In this document: positions 28,714 through 37,248 of the stretch, in pieces | Layout: each line of letters opens with the position of its first letter | Position numbering within the stretch: the stretch's first letter is position 1 | Source: an uncultured archaeon | GTDB taxonomy: Archaea > Iainarchaeota > Iainarchaeia > Iainarchaeales > 1-14-0-10-31-34 | NCBI GenBank assembly: GCA_964442255.1 | Contig: CAYTYC010000006.1 | Location: 1 to 57,177 of the forward strand | Length of the DNA stretch: 57,177 nucleotides | Reading direction: 5' to 3' | Position numbers and translations under genes: made by a program | Notes under the pieces: generated by a model | The model's input: only the letters and a program-made list of their open reading frames with translations | Database searches by the model: none | Told to the model about the DNA's origin: nothing

Positions 28714-29859
28714 TCACTTCAGCCACTCCGTTTTCTGCTGTTTCTTTAAACTTTTTAAAGCCTTTTTCAGGTGCCACTGCATTATGTCCCTTCCCCCCAG
28801 CCCCGCAATAAAGCCGTTCACAACCAAATCCTTTCTTCCGAACAGCGCTGACTTCACGTCAGTGAAAAGCGCGCCCTCCATTCCAAGGCTGATGTGCCTG
28901 TCAATTACAGCCAACCCCTTCAAATTCTTTGCTGCCTTCCGGATTTCTTTTGCGGGAAACGGCCGCAGCACCCTTAACCTGATTAGCCCGGCCTTTACTC
29001 CCTCGTTTCTCAGCTTGTCCACGACAATCCTTGCGGTTCCGCAAAGGCTTCCCTGCCCTATCAAGGCAAACTCCGCGTCCTCCATTTTATGTTTTTCAAT
29101 CAGCCCGTTTCCGTACCTTCTTCCAAACCCTTTCCCGAACTGGGAATGCACTTTAACTATTTTTGTTTCCGCCTTTTCCATTGCCTTCTGCTGCATTTCC
29201 TTGAATTCCATGAAGGAATCCGGGAAGGCAATCGGGCCGATGCTTAACGGTTTTTTTGGGTCAAGGAAAGCGTGCAATGGTTTGTAGGGCGGCAAAAAGG
29301 AGTCAGCCTCTTTCTGTGAAGGGATTTCCACGGGCTCATACACGTGGCTCAGGGTGTAGCCGTCAATGTTGACGATTGAGGGCAGCAAAACGTCTTTGTC
29401 CTCCGACACTTTGAATGCCTGCACAATTGTGTCCAATGCCTCCTGCGAGCTTTCAGCCCAGAACTGAATCCATCCCTGGTCTCTTGCGGAAACAGAGTCG
29501 CTGTGGTCGTTCCAGATGTTTATGGGCGCGCTTAACGCGCGGTTTGCGACAGCCATTACGGGCGGAAGCCTTAAGCCTGAAATGATGGGAAGCATTTCAA
29601 ACATCAGCGCAAGCCCCTGTGAAGAGGAAGCCGTGAAAGCCCTTGCGCCTGTTGCGCTTGCGCCAAGCAAGGCGGAGGCGGCGGAATGCTCGGATTCCGC
29701 CCTTATTATGCGCGCGTCCAGGTCCCCGTTGTGCACCATTTTCGCGAGCCTTTCAACTATGTGGGTTTGCGGGGTGATGGGGTAAATTGGAATGACTTCA
29801 GCCCTGCTTCTTTTAACGCCCAACGCCATTGCCATTGATGCTTCAATCACTTTACGCAT
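28714..29859 (-). CDS. porA: Pyruvate:ferredoxin oxidoreductase alpha subunit
   Basis: YPITPQT, ESEHSA, TASSSQGL, GLGGRD. Confidence 0.94.
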   Translation of the reverse strand: MRKVIEASMAMALGVKRSRAEVIPIYPITPQTHIVERLAKMVHNGDLDARIIRAESEHSAASALLGASATGARAFTASSSQGLALMFEMLPIISGLRLPPVMAVANRALSAPINIWNDHSDSVSARDQGWIQFWAESSQEALDTIVQAFKVSEDKDVLLPSIVNIDGYTLSHVYEPVEIPSQKEADSFLPPYKPLHAFLDPKKPLSIGPIAFPDSFMEFKEMQQKAMEKAETKIVKVHSQFGKGFGRRYGNGLIEKHKMEDAEFALIGQGSLCGTARIVVDKLRNEGVKAGLIRLRVLRPFPAKEIRKAAKNLKGLAVIDRHISLGMEGALFTDVKSALFGRKDLVVNGFIAGLGGRDIMQWHLKKALKSLKKQQKTEWLK

Positions 29860-30034
29860 TCTAAGATGTAGTGCGCTGAATAAATAAAAAGGTTTCGCTT
29901 ATTGTCTACAAAATCTTCGTCAATACCCAAACCTTTAAATACTTGGGGGTGCACCATTATAAGAGTGAAAAAATGGGTGAAAAAGGAATCCGTCTTTGGC
30001 GTTGGGCAAAAGGGTTTAGGCGGTGTGCGGCAGC

Positions 30035-30673
30035 ATGAAGGAAATAAGGATCCATGGAAGGGGCGGGCAGGGCGCTGTGACTTGCTCGCAGGCATTGGCG
30101 CTTGCGGCTTTCTTTGACGGAAAATTTTCGCAGGCTTTCCCCAATTTTGGGGTTGAGAGAAGGGGCGCGCCGGTGTCCTCATTCTGCAGGATTTCGGGCT
30201 CCAGCATAAACATCCGTTCGCATGTTTACAAGCCTGACTATGTTATTGTCCTTGACCCCACTTTGCTTGAGGCCGTTGACGTCGCAAAGGGAGTTCACGG
30301 GGGAAAAATCATTGTGAACACTAACAGGAAGCCGGGAAAGCTTAATCTTAAAGGCGACTTTGACCTTCAGGCAGTGGACGTAACCAAAATCGCTTTAAAG
30401 GAGGCGAAAAAGCCTTTCGTTAACCTCGGAATCCTCGGCGCCTTCGCTTCATTCACCAACGAAATTTCCCTGGATGCGCTGGAGAAGACCGTGATGGATA
30501 TATTTTATGGAAAGGAAAGCTGGGGGGAAAAGAATTACTCGATTGTGAAAAAGGTTTTTGAATCATGCGAGGCGAAAAGGATTGAAGCACTCAATTGGCG
30601 CGGTAATCTCCAGGCCGGGGTCTTCGGCTGGAAACAGGACAGGAAGCTGGAGAACCTACAGGCCGGTTATTGA
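30035..30673 (+). CDS. porC: Pyruvate:ferredoxin oxidoreductase gamma subunit
   Basis: EIRIHGRGGQG, FGVERRGAP; frame runs about 90 nt into porD. Confidence 0.9.
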   Translation: MKEIRIHGRGGQGAVTCSQALALAAFFDGKFSQAFPNFGVERRGAPVSSFCRISGSSINIRSHVYKPDYVIVLDPTLLEAVDVAKGVHGGKIIVNTNRKPGKLNLKGDFDLQAVDVTKIALKEAKKPFVNLGILGAFASFTNEISLDALEKTVMDIFYGKESWGEKNYSIVKKVFESCEAKRIEALNWRGNLQAGVFGWKQDRKLENLQAGY

Positions 30674-30842
30674 CCGGGAAAAATGCAGGAAATGCGGCAT
30701 CTGCTGGAGCTATTGCCCTGATTCCGCGGTTGGAAAAAACAACGGCTGCTTTGAAATAAACTACGATTACTGCAAGGGCTGCGGAATCTGCGCAAAGGAA
30801 TGCCCTGTTAACTGCATTTCAATGGAGCTGGAGGAAAAATAG
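30582..30842 (+). CDS. porD: Pyruvate:ferredoxin oxidoreductase delta subunit (2x[4Fe-4S])
   Basis: TGSWRTYRP, CRKCGICWSYCP, YCKGCGICAKECP; TTG start inferred. Confidence 0.92.
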   Translation: MKHSIGAVISRPGSSAGNRTGSWRTYRPVIDREKCRKCGICWSYCPDSAVGKNNGCFEINYDYCKGCGICAKECPVNCISMELEEK

Positions 30843-30882
30843 GAATAAAAATTTTTTGCTTTTTTTATTGACTGGTGCTGCC

Positions 30883-31203
30883 TTGAAAATCGGGATAATA
30901 ATAAGCCAAAAGGACCCTGAAACAGCCTGGAATGCCTTCAGGTTTGCGAATTTTTCTTTAAGCAAACAGCACAAGGTGAAAGTCTTTCTTTTGGGAAAAG
31001 GCGTTGAGTGCACGGAAATTGAAGGCGGAAAATTCAATGCCAGAGAGCAGGCCCAAAAATTCCTGAAATCGGGGGGAGAATTGTTTGCCTGCGGTGCCTG
31101 CATGAAATCAAGGCACAAGAAAGGCTCAAAAGTTTGCCCTGTTTCCACAATGCAGGATTTAATGAGTATTGTGGAAGAGTCTGACAGGATTGTTTCGTTC
31201 TGA
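30883..31203 (+). CDS. DsrE-family protein
   Basis: ETAWNAFRFA, VFLLGKGVE, ACGAC, CPVSTM. Confidence 0.85.
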   Translation: MKIGIIISQKDPETAWNAFRFANFSLSKQHKVKVFLLGKGVECTEIEGGKFNAREQAQKFLKSGGELFACGACMKSRHKKGSKVCPVSTMQDLMSIVEESDRIVSF

Positions 31204-31308
31204 CCGGCTTTTCAAAGGAAACCTTTTTTGCATTCGCACGTGCCCCACCGCATTTATTCCCGCATGGATTCAATACTTTATTAATTCTTTTTTCCATTTA
31301 AAATTATC

Positions 31309-31788
31309 ATGTGGCGGCTTGAGACAGGCTTCCTTGAAGGCAAAACCGACGCGTTTGGGGAAAGCGTCAGGCAGGCGGTTTCCGAGGATTTGGGGATAAA
31401 ATCCGTGCAGGAAGTGAAAACCGTTGAAGTCTACTTTCTGGAATTGAATTTAACTGAAGAAAAAGTGAAAGAACTTGCGGAAAAGGTTTTCCTTGACCCG
31501 GTAATCCAAACTTATTCCATTGATTCACCTGTGCCTGCACAGGCAGACTGGGAAATCGAGGTGAAGCTGAAGGAAAACGTGACAGACAATGTGGGGATAA
31601 TTGCGGTCAAGGCGGTTGAAGACTTTTTGGGAAGAAAACTGGGTGAAGATGAATCCATTAGGACTGGCAAAAAATACCTGATCCGGGGAAACTTAAATGA
31701 AAAGCAGGTTAAAAAAATTTGCAGGGATTTGCTTGCAAATGAATTGATTGAGAGTTTTGAATATGGGAAAACAATCGCGGAGGCGTAG
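31309..31788 (+). CDS. purS: PurS-like (double-length) subunit of FGAM synthase
   Basis: Two PurS-like halves ending FLDPVIQ and LLANELIESF; upstream of purL. Confidence 0.75.
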   Translation: MWRLETGFLEGKTDAFGESVRQAVSEDLGIKSVQEVKTVEVYFLELNLTEEKVKELAEKVFLDPVIQTYSIDSPVPAQADWEIEVKLKENVTDNVGIIAVKAVEDFLGRKLGEDESIRTGKKYLIRGNLNEKQVKKICRDLLANELIESFEYGKTIAEA

Positions 31789-31942
31789 TGGAAGACTTGT
31801 TCACTGGAAAGGGGTTATTGGAAAGGTGCCAAGCAGAATCATGCGAACGCGGCCTTGGCCTTCTTGGTTCAGGAGATGGGCTGAAAAAAGGAGAATACCA
31901 TTGGAAAAAGTAGATGAAGACAAAATAAAGAAAAAGGGATAA
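31763..31942 (+). CDS. Possible 59-aa basic, Trp-rich ORF between purS and purL
   Basis: MGKQSRRRSGRLVHWKG..KIKKKG; stop 2 nt before the first purL-like ATG. Confidence 0.4.
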   Translation: MGKQSRRRSGRLVHWKGVIGKVPSRIMRTRPWPSWFRRWAEKRRIPLEKVDEDKIKKKG

Positions 31943-32164
31943 AAATGGAAAACGTGCACGCAAATGAAGTGGAAAAAAGGAGAATACCATTGGAAAAAGT
32001 AGATGAAGACAAAATAAAGAAAAAGGNNNNNNNNNNNNNNNNNNNNNNNNNNNNNNNNNNNNNNNNNNNNNNNNNNNNNNNNNNNNNNNNNNNNNNNNNN
32101 NNNNNNNNNNNNNNNNNNNNNNNNNNGATAAAAATGGAAAACGTGCACGCAAATGAAGTGGAAA
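31883..32164. repeat. 89-bp tandem repeat containing the purL start, spanning a 100-N gap
   Basis: GAAAAAAGGAGAATACC.. at 31883 and 31972; GATAAAAATGGAAAACGTGCACGCAAATGAAGTG at 31938 and 32127. Confidence 0.85.
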
Positions 32165-34533
32165 TCCTTTCCCTGAACGAAAAAGAGCTTGAGGCTTTGA
32201 GCGGCAAAATGCTTCTCTCCTTTTCCGTGGAAGAATTCAGGGAAATCCAGGCGCACTACAAAAAAAAGAAAAGAAACCCCACGGACATTGAGCTCGAAAC
32301 ATTGGCGCAAACCTGGAGCGAGCACTGCAAGCACAAAACCTTTAATTCAGGGGTTGAATTCACGAAAAACGGAAAAAAAACGGTTTTCAGTAATCTAATA
32401 AAGGAAACAATTTTTTCCGCAACCAGGGAAATCGCGAAAAAGAAGAAAGGCTTCTTGGTTTCAGTGTTTAAGGACAACGCGGGAATAATTTCCTTCAACA
32501 AAAAATTTGATTTGGCTTTCAAGGCTGAAACCCACAACCACCCCTCTGCATTAGAGCCCTATGGGGGGGCATCAACTGGAATTGGGGGGGTGATAAGGGA
32601 TGTTTTGGGCGCAGGGCTTGGCGCAAAGCCAATCGCAAACACCGACACCTTCTGTTTCGGTTACTGGAACCTTCCGCATGAAAAGCTTCCAAAAGGAATC
32701 CTGCACCCGAAAAGAATCTTCAAAGGAGTGCGGGCAGGAGTCAGGGACTATGGAAACAGGATGGGCATTCCCACAGTAAACGGCGCAATTTATTTCGATG
32801 AAAGGTTTACGGGAAACCCGCTGGTTTACTGTGGAACTTTGGGGATAATGCCAAAGAGAATGCACAAAAAAGGCGCAAGAAAAGGCGATTTGGCTGTTGT
32901 AATGGGCGACAAAACAGGCAGGGACGGAATACACGGAGTGACCTTTGCTTCCGTGGAGCTGGAGGAGGAAAGCCCGCCTTCCGCGGTGCAGATCGGGAAT
33001 CCGATTGAGGAAAAAAAGTTTATGGACGTTTTATTGAAGGCCCGTGACCAAAAGCTTTACACCGCAATAACCGACTGCGGAGGAGGCGGATTCAGTTCTG
33101 CAATAGGGGAAATGGGTGAAGAACTGGGCGTAAGGGTTGAACTGGACAAGGCTCCGCTAAAATACAGGGGGCTGAAACCATGGGAAATCTGGGTTTCGGA
33201 GTCACAGGAAAGAATGGTTTTGGCTGTTCCTAAGGAAAAGTTCAAAAAGCTCTCCGAATTATGCGGAAAAGAAGATGTTTCCGTTACAGCAATAGGGGAA
33301 TTCACCGGAAAAAAGAAACTTGAGCTTTACTTCAAAGGCTCTCTTGTGGGGGAAATGGAAATGGCTTTCCTGCACAAGGGCCTGCCAAAATGCAGATTGA
33401 AGGCGGAATGGAAAGACAAAAAGGTTTCCGAAAAACTCCCTGAACCAAAAGATTCAGGCGAAGAATTGCTGAAGCTGCTTTCCCACCCAAACATTTCCTC
33501 CAAGGAAACCACAATCCGGCAATACGACCATGAAGTGCAGGGCACTTCCGTATTGAAGCCACTGGTTGGCGAGCAGAATGACAGCCCGGGGGATGCGGCA
33601 ATAATAAAGCCCTTGTTTGGTTTCCCTGAAGGCGCGGTGCTTGCAAATGGCATTAACCCAAGGTTTGGCGAGCTGTCCCCCTATTGGATGGCTGCCTCAG
33701 CCATTGACGAAGCCATAAGAAACATTGTCGCAGTCGGCGGGGATACGGAAAAAATCGCTTTGCTTGACAATTTTTGCTGGGGAAACCCCCGAAAACCCGA
33801 ACTTTTGGGCGGAATAGTTGAGGCCACCCTTGCCTGCAGGGATTATTCAATTGCTTTCAATTCCCCTTTCATTTCCGGGAAAGACTCTTTGTACAATGAA
33901 TTTTCTTCCGGAGGAAAAACGGTTTCAATTCCCGGAACGCTTTTGGTGAGCGCTGTGGGAGTAATGGATGACGCAAGGAAAAGGATTTCCATGGACTTAA
34001 AGGAAGAAGGCAGCCTGCTTTACATTGTGGGGGAAACGTTTGATGAACTGGGCGGAAGCCATTATTGCTGGAACCACGGAAAACTGGGTGAAAAGATTCC
34101 AAAGGTTGACGCAAAAAAGGCCCTTAACGCTTACAGGGCCCTCTCAAAAGCATCTTCAACCGGATTAAAAAACAATGAAAGAGTTATCCGCTCAATGCAT
34201 GACTGCAGCCAGGGCGGGTTGGGCGTAAGCGCAGCGGAAATGGCGTTTGCGGGAATGAAGGGACTGGAAATAGACTTATCCAAAGTGCCTTACTCAGGGG
34301 AAAAAAGAAACGACTTCATCCTGTTTTCCGAAAGCAATTCCAGGATGCTGATAGAGGTTCCGGAAAAATTCAGGGAAAAGTTTGAGAAACTAATGAAAGG
34401 CAGCACTTTTGCTTTGATCGGAAAAGTCACGCAAGGAAAAGAGCTTGTGGTTAAGGGATTGAACGGAAGTGAAATAATCAGAAAAGATTTAAGTGAATTG
34501 AAAAACGCTTGGAAGGAGACGCTTAACTGGTGA
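32134..34533 (+). CDS. purL: Phosphoribosylformylglycinamidine synthase subunit PurL
   Basis: WSEHCKHK, ETHNHPS, DCGGGG, SESQERM, QYDHEV, ISGKDS; ORF-track start 31945 is inflated by the repeat and gap. Confidence 0.96.
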   Translation: MENVHANEVEILSLNEKELEALSGKMLLSFSVEEFREIQAHYKKKKRNPTDIELETLAQTWSEHCKHKTFNSGVEFTKNGKKTVFSNLIKETIFSATREIAKKKKGFLVSVFKDNAGIISFNKKFDLAFKAETHNHPSALEPYGGASTGIGGVIRDVLGAGLGAKPIANTDTFCFGYWNLPHEKLPKGILHPKRIFKGVRAGVRDYGNRMGIPTVNGAIYFDERFTGNPLVYCGTLGIMPKRMHKKGARKGDLAVVMGDKTGRDGIHGVTFASVELEEESPPSAVQIGNPIEEKKFMDVLLKARDQKLYTAITDCGGGGFSSAIGEMGEELGVRVELDKAPLKYRGLKPWEIWVSESQERMVLAVPKEKFKKLSELCGKEDVSVTAIGEFTGKKKLELYFKGSLVGEMEMAFLHKGLPKCRLKAEWKDKKVSEKLPEPKDSGEELLKLLSHPNISSKETTIRQYDHEVQGTSVLKPLVGEQNDSPGDAAIIKPLFGFPEGAVLANGINPRFGELSPYWMAASAIDEAIRNIVAVGGDTEKIALLDNFCWGNPRKPELLGGIVEATLACRDYSIAFNSPFISGKDSLYNEFSSGGKTVSIPGTLLVSAVGVMDDARKRISMDLKEEGSLLYIVGETFDELGGSHYCWNHGKLGEKIPKVDAKKALNAYRALSKASSTGLKNNERVIRSMHDCSQGGLGVSAAEMAFAGMKGLEIDLSKVPYSGEKRNDFILFSESNSRMLIEVPEKFREKFEKLMKGSTFALIGKVTQGKELVVKGLNGSEIIRKDLSELKNAWKETLNW

Positions 34534-35300
34534 AAAAAATGGAAAAACCAAGGGCAATTGTTTTCCGCACCGCGGGAACAAACTGCGATGTTGAGACAGC
34601 CAACGCACTGCGCCTTGCGGGGGCGGAGACCGAAGTAATCCACGTGAATGAACTAGTGCGGAAAGAAAAATCCCTTGAAAACTTTCACCTGGCCGTAATC
34701 CCGGGGGGGTTCGCGGACGGCGACTACATTGGCTCCGGCAAAGTTTTTGCGAACAAGCTGAAGTTCAGGCTTTTTGATGAAATGAAAAGCTTTGTGGAGG
34801 ACGGAAAGCTTTTGTGGGGCATATGCAACGGCTTTCAGGTTCTGGTAAAAGCCGGCTTTCTCCCTGCGTTTGAAAAGAAGTATGGGGAACAAAACGTTAC
34901 CCTTGCATTCAATTCCTCAGGGCATTTCCAGGACGAATGGATTACAATAAGGAATGCGGGGGCAAAGCACTGCATTTACGCTAAGGGAGTGGAAAAAATT
35001 TACTGCCCGGTTAACCACGGGGAAGGAAGGTTTGACGTGAAAAACAATGAAGTTTTAAAGAAACTCTATGAAAAGGATTTGGTTGTATTCAAGTATTCCC
35101 CAAACCCAAATGGTTCCCTTGATGATATCGCAGGAATCTGCGACGAAACAGGGCGGATTTTCGGCTTAATGCCGCATCCGGAAAAAAACATTTATTTTTT
35201 CTCTGACCCTCGAAGCACGCGCTCGCAGCTGCAAGAAAAAGGGGAAGGAATGGTTTTGTTTGAGAATGCAGTGAATTACGCGAAAAAAAACCTTCTTTGA
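34530..35300 (+). CDS. purQ: Phosphoribosylformylglycinamidine synthase subunit PurQ
   Basis: GTNCD, PGGF..GD, GICNGFQ, HGEG, MPHPE. Confidence 0.96.
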   Translation: MKKMEKPRAIVFRTAGTNCDVETANALRLAGAETEVIHVNELVRKEKSLENFHLAVIPGGFADGDYIGSGKVFANKLKFRLFDEMKSFVEDGKLLWGICNGFQVLVKAGFLPAFEKKYGEQNVTLAFNSSGHFQDEWITIRNAGAKHCIYAKGVEKIYCPVNHGEGRFDVKNNEVLKKLYEKDLVVFKYSPNPNGSLDDIAGICDETGRIFGLMPHPEKNIYFFSDPRSTRSQLQEKGEGMVLFENAVNYAKKNLL

Positions 35301-35310
35301 TTTTACGCTT

Positions 35311-35985
35311 ATGCACAAAGACATTCCAAAAATTATCCGGCTTTTGCGAAAAGAGGTTGGAAAAACAAAAGCAATTGTCCAGCATAGAACCCCATTCAAA
35401 GTGCTTGTTTCAACTGTTCTTTCAGCCCGCACCCGCGACGAAAAAACTTCCAAAGCCTCTGCACAGCTTTTCAAAAAGTATTCAAGTCCGAAAGCCCTCT
35501 CCAAAGCCCCCTTAAAAGAAATAGAAAAACTAATCAGGCCCGCGGGGTTTTACAGGGAAAAAGCCAAAAGAATTCTGCAGTTAAGCAAAGAGCTACTGGA
35601 AAGATTCAATGGAAAAGTTCCCAAAAACCCGGAGGACTTGATTTCACTTCCCGGAGTGGGAAGAAAAACAGCGAACTGCGTTCTGGTTTACGCGTTTTCC
35701 CTGCCCGCGGTTCCCGTGGATGTGCACGTCCACAGAATAAGCAACCGCATTGGATTGGTCCGCACAGGAAAACCGGAGGAAACGGAAACAGAGCTGGTTA
35801 AAATTGTCCCGAAAAAATACTGGATTGAATTAAATGAATTGATGGTTAAATTCGGGCAAAGGAAATGCAAACCCATTTCTCCAAAATGTGAACTTTGTTC
35901 ACTTCCCCCTCACTGCGATTACTTCAAAAACGTTTTCAGGAAAAATCCGTCAAAAACTTCTGCGCAGAGCCTTCCAGCGCGATGA
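35311..35985 (+). CDS. nth: Endonuclease III
   Basis: LPGVGRKTAN HhH, VDVHVHR, C-x6-C-x2-C-x5-C Fe-S motif. Confidence 0.94.
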   Translation: MHKDIPKIIRLLRKEVGKTKAIVQHRTPFKVLVSTVLSARTRDEKTSKASAQLFKKYSSPKALSKAPLKEIEKLIRPAGFYREKAKRILQLSKELLERFNGKVPKNPEDLISLPGVGRKTANCVLVYAFSLPAVPVDVHVHRISNRIGLVRTGKPEETETELVKIVPKKYWIELNELMVKFGQRKCKPISPKCELCSLPPHCDYFKNVFRKNPSKTSAQSLPAR

Positions 35986-37063
35986 AGTGCTGGAACTGCC
36001 TTCCCCTTATCCCAAATTCCTTCAATTCCCCAAGGCTCCTGAATTTGTGCCCTTCTTCGATTTTTTCCCAAACCCTTTTCGCGCTCTTTGGGCCGATGCC
36101 GGGAACAAGCAAAATCTCTTCAAAGTTTGCGTTATTCAAATCCAATGGAAACAAATCCGAGTGCAGGGCCATGTTCAGCTTGGGCTCGACGCTTAAATCC
36201 AAAAAACCGTTTTCATCAAACAAAATTTCTTTGCATTTCACTTTGTAGTCCCGCATCAAAAAATCGGTTTTGTACAAAAAATTCTGCCTTCTTAACGGTG
36301 CGGCTTCCCTTCCCTCCAGTTTTGTTCCCTGAACAGGCGAAAAAGCGGAAAAGTATCCCCTCCTTAAATCAAATTCACTGTAAAGTTTGGAGTAAAACTT
36401 CAAAATATCCTTGTCTGTTTCATCCGTTCCCCCGACAATCACCTGCGTCGTGTGCCCTGAAGGCGTCATATTCTCCCTGCCCTTTTGTTTTATCCACCGC
36501 ATTCTCCTCATCAAATCAATTTTGAAGTCCTTTGTTCCGGTTAATTCATTCAGGTAGTTTTTCTTTGGCGCCTCCAGATTAATTGAAACCCTGTCCGCAA
36601 GCCTTGTTGCTTCATCCACCTGGCTTTTGCTTGCCCCGGGCAAAACCTTCAAATGAATGTAGCCGGAAAAAAAGTGTTTCATCCTCAAAGCGCGCACAAC
36701 GTTAAGCATTTTTTCCATTGTCTTCTCCTCATCCCCGCTTAACCCGGAACTGAGGAAAAGCCCTTCCACTTGTCTTTGCGCAAGCATGTGCGTGAACACA
36801 TTCACCAGCTCATGCTCCTCAAACTCTGTTTTCCTTCCCTTTGTGCAGGCGGCTGAATTGTTGCAGTAATAGCAGTCGTTTTTGCATTCATTGGAGTAAA
36901 GGGTTTTCAGGAGGGGAATGCATTTTCCGGAGGGAAGGACCGCATGAAACACTCCGCCTAAATTAGGTAGTTTTTTGTTCAAGTCCCCTGTGCAGCTGTT
37001 CATTGAGCAGCGGTCGTATTTTCCTGCCTCTGAAAGAATCTCCAGCTTCCGGATGGAGTTCAT
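35936..37063 (-). CDS. Putative DNA modification/repair radical SAM protein with HhH
   Basis: CKNDCYYC, GYIHLK, ADRVSINLE, FSAFSP, C-terminal VPGIGPKSA; resembles TIGR03916 family. Confidence 0.85.
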   Translation of the reverse strand: MNSIRKLEILSEAGKYDRCSMNSCTGDLNKKLPNLGGVFHAVLPSGKCIPLLKTLYSNECKNDCYYCNNSAACTKGRKTEFEEHELVNVFTHMLAQRQVEGLFLSSGLSGDEEKTMEKMLNVVRALRMKHFFSGYIHLKVLPGASKSQVDEATRLADRVSINLEAPKKNYLNELTGTKDFKIDLMRRMRWIKQKGRENMTPSGHTTQVIVGGTDETDKDILKFYSKLYSEFDLRRGYFSAFSPVQGTKLEGREAAPLRRQNFLYKTDFLMRDYKVKCKEILFDENGFLDLSVEPKLNMALHSDLFPLDLNNANFEEILLVPGIGPKSAKRVWEKIEEGHKFRSLGELKEFGIRGRQFQHFIALEGSAQKFLTDFS

Positions 37064-37184
37064 GAAAAAGAAAGGCTTCCGGAGCCTTAATTCCTTTCGG
37101 GGGGGCGTATTTCCTGTGAACCAATCCTTGAGTGGAGGAAATAAAAAAAAACGTCAAAAGCCGTGATTTAAGCGTTTGCAAGGA

Positions 37185-37217
37185 TTTAAAAGGTGTTATT
37201 ACTTATAGATAATAACA
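37185..37217 (+). promoter_or_regulatory. Promoter and candidate operator of the Rhs locus
   Basis: TTTAAAA box followed by perfect inverted repeat TGTTATT-N10-AATAACA (37194-37217). Confidence 0.45.
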
Positions 37218-37248
37218 GAATCACCGTAATTAGTGAGTGGGGGATTTT

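Noticed and set aside
31945..32133. N-terminal extension of PurL
   Set aside because: Produced by the 89-bp repeat plus an arbitrary 100-N gap length.
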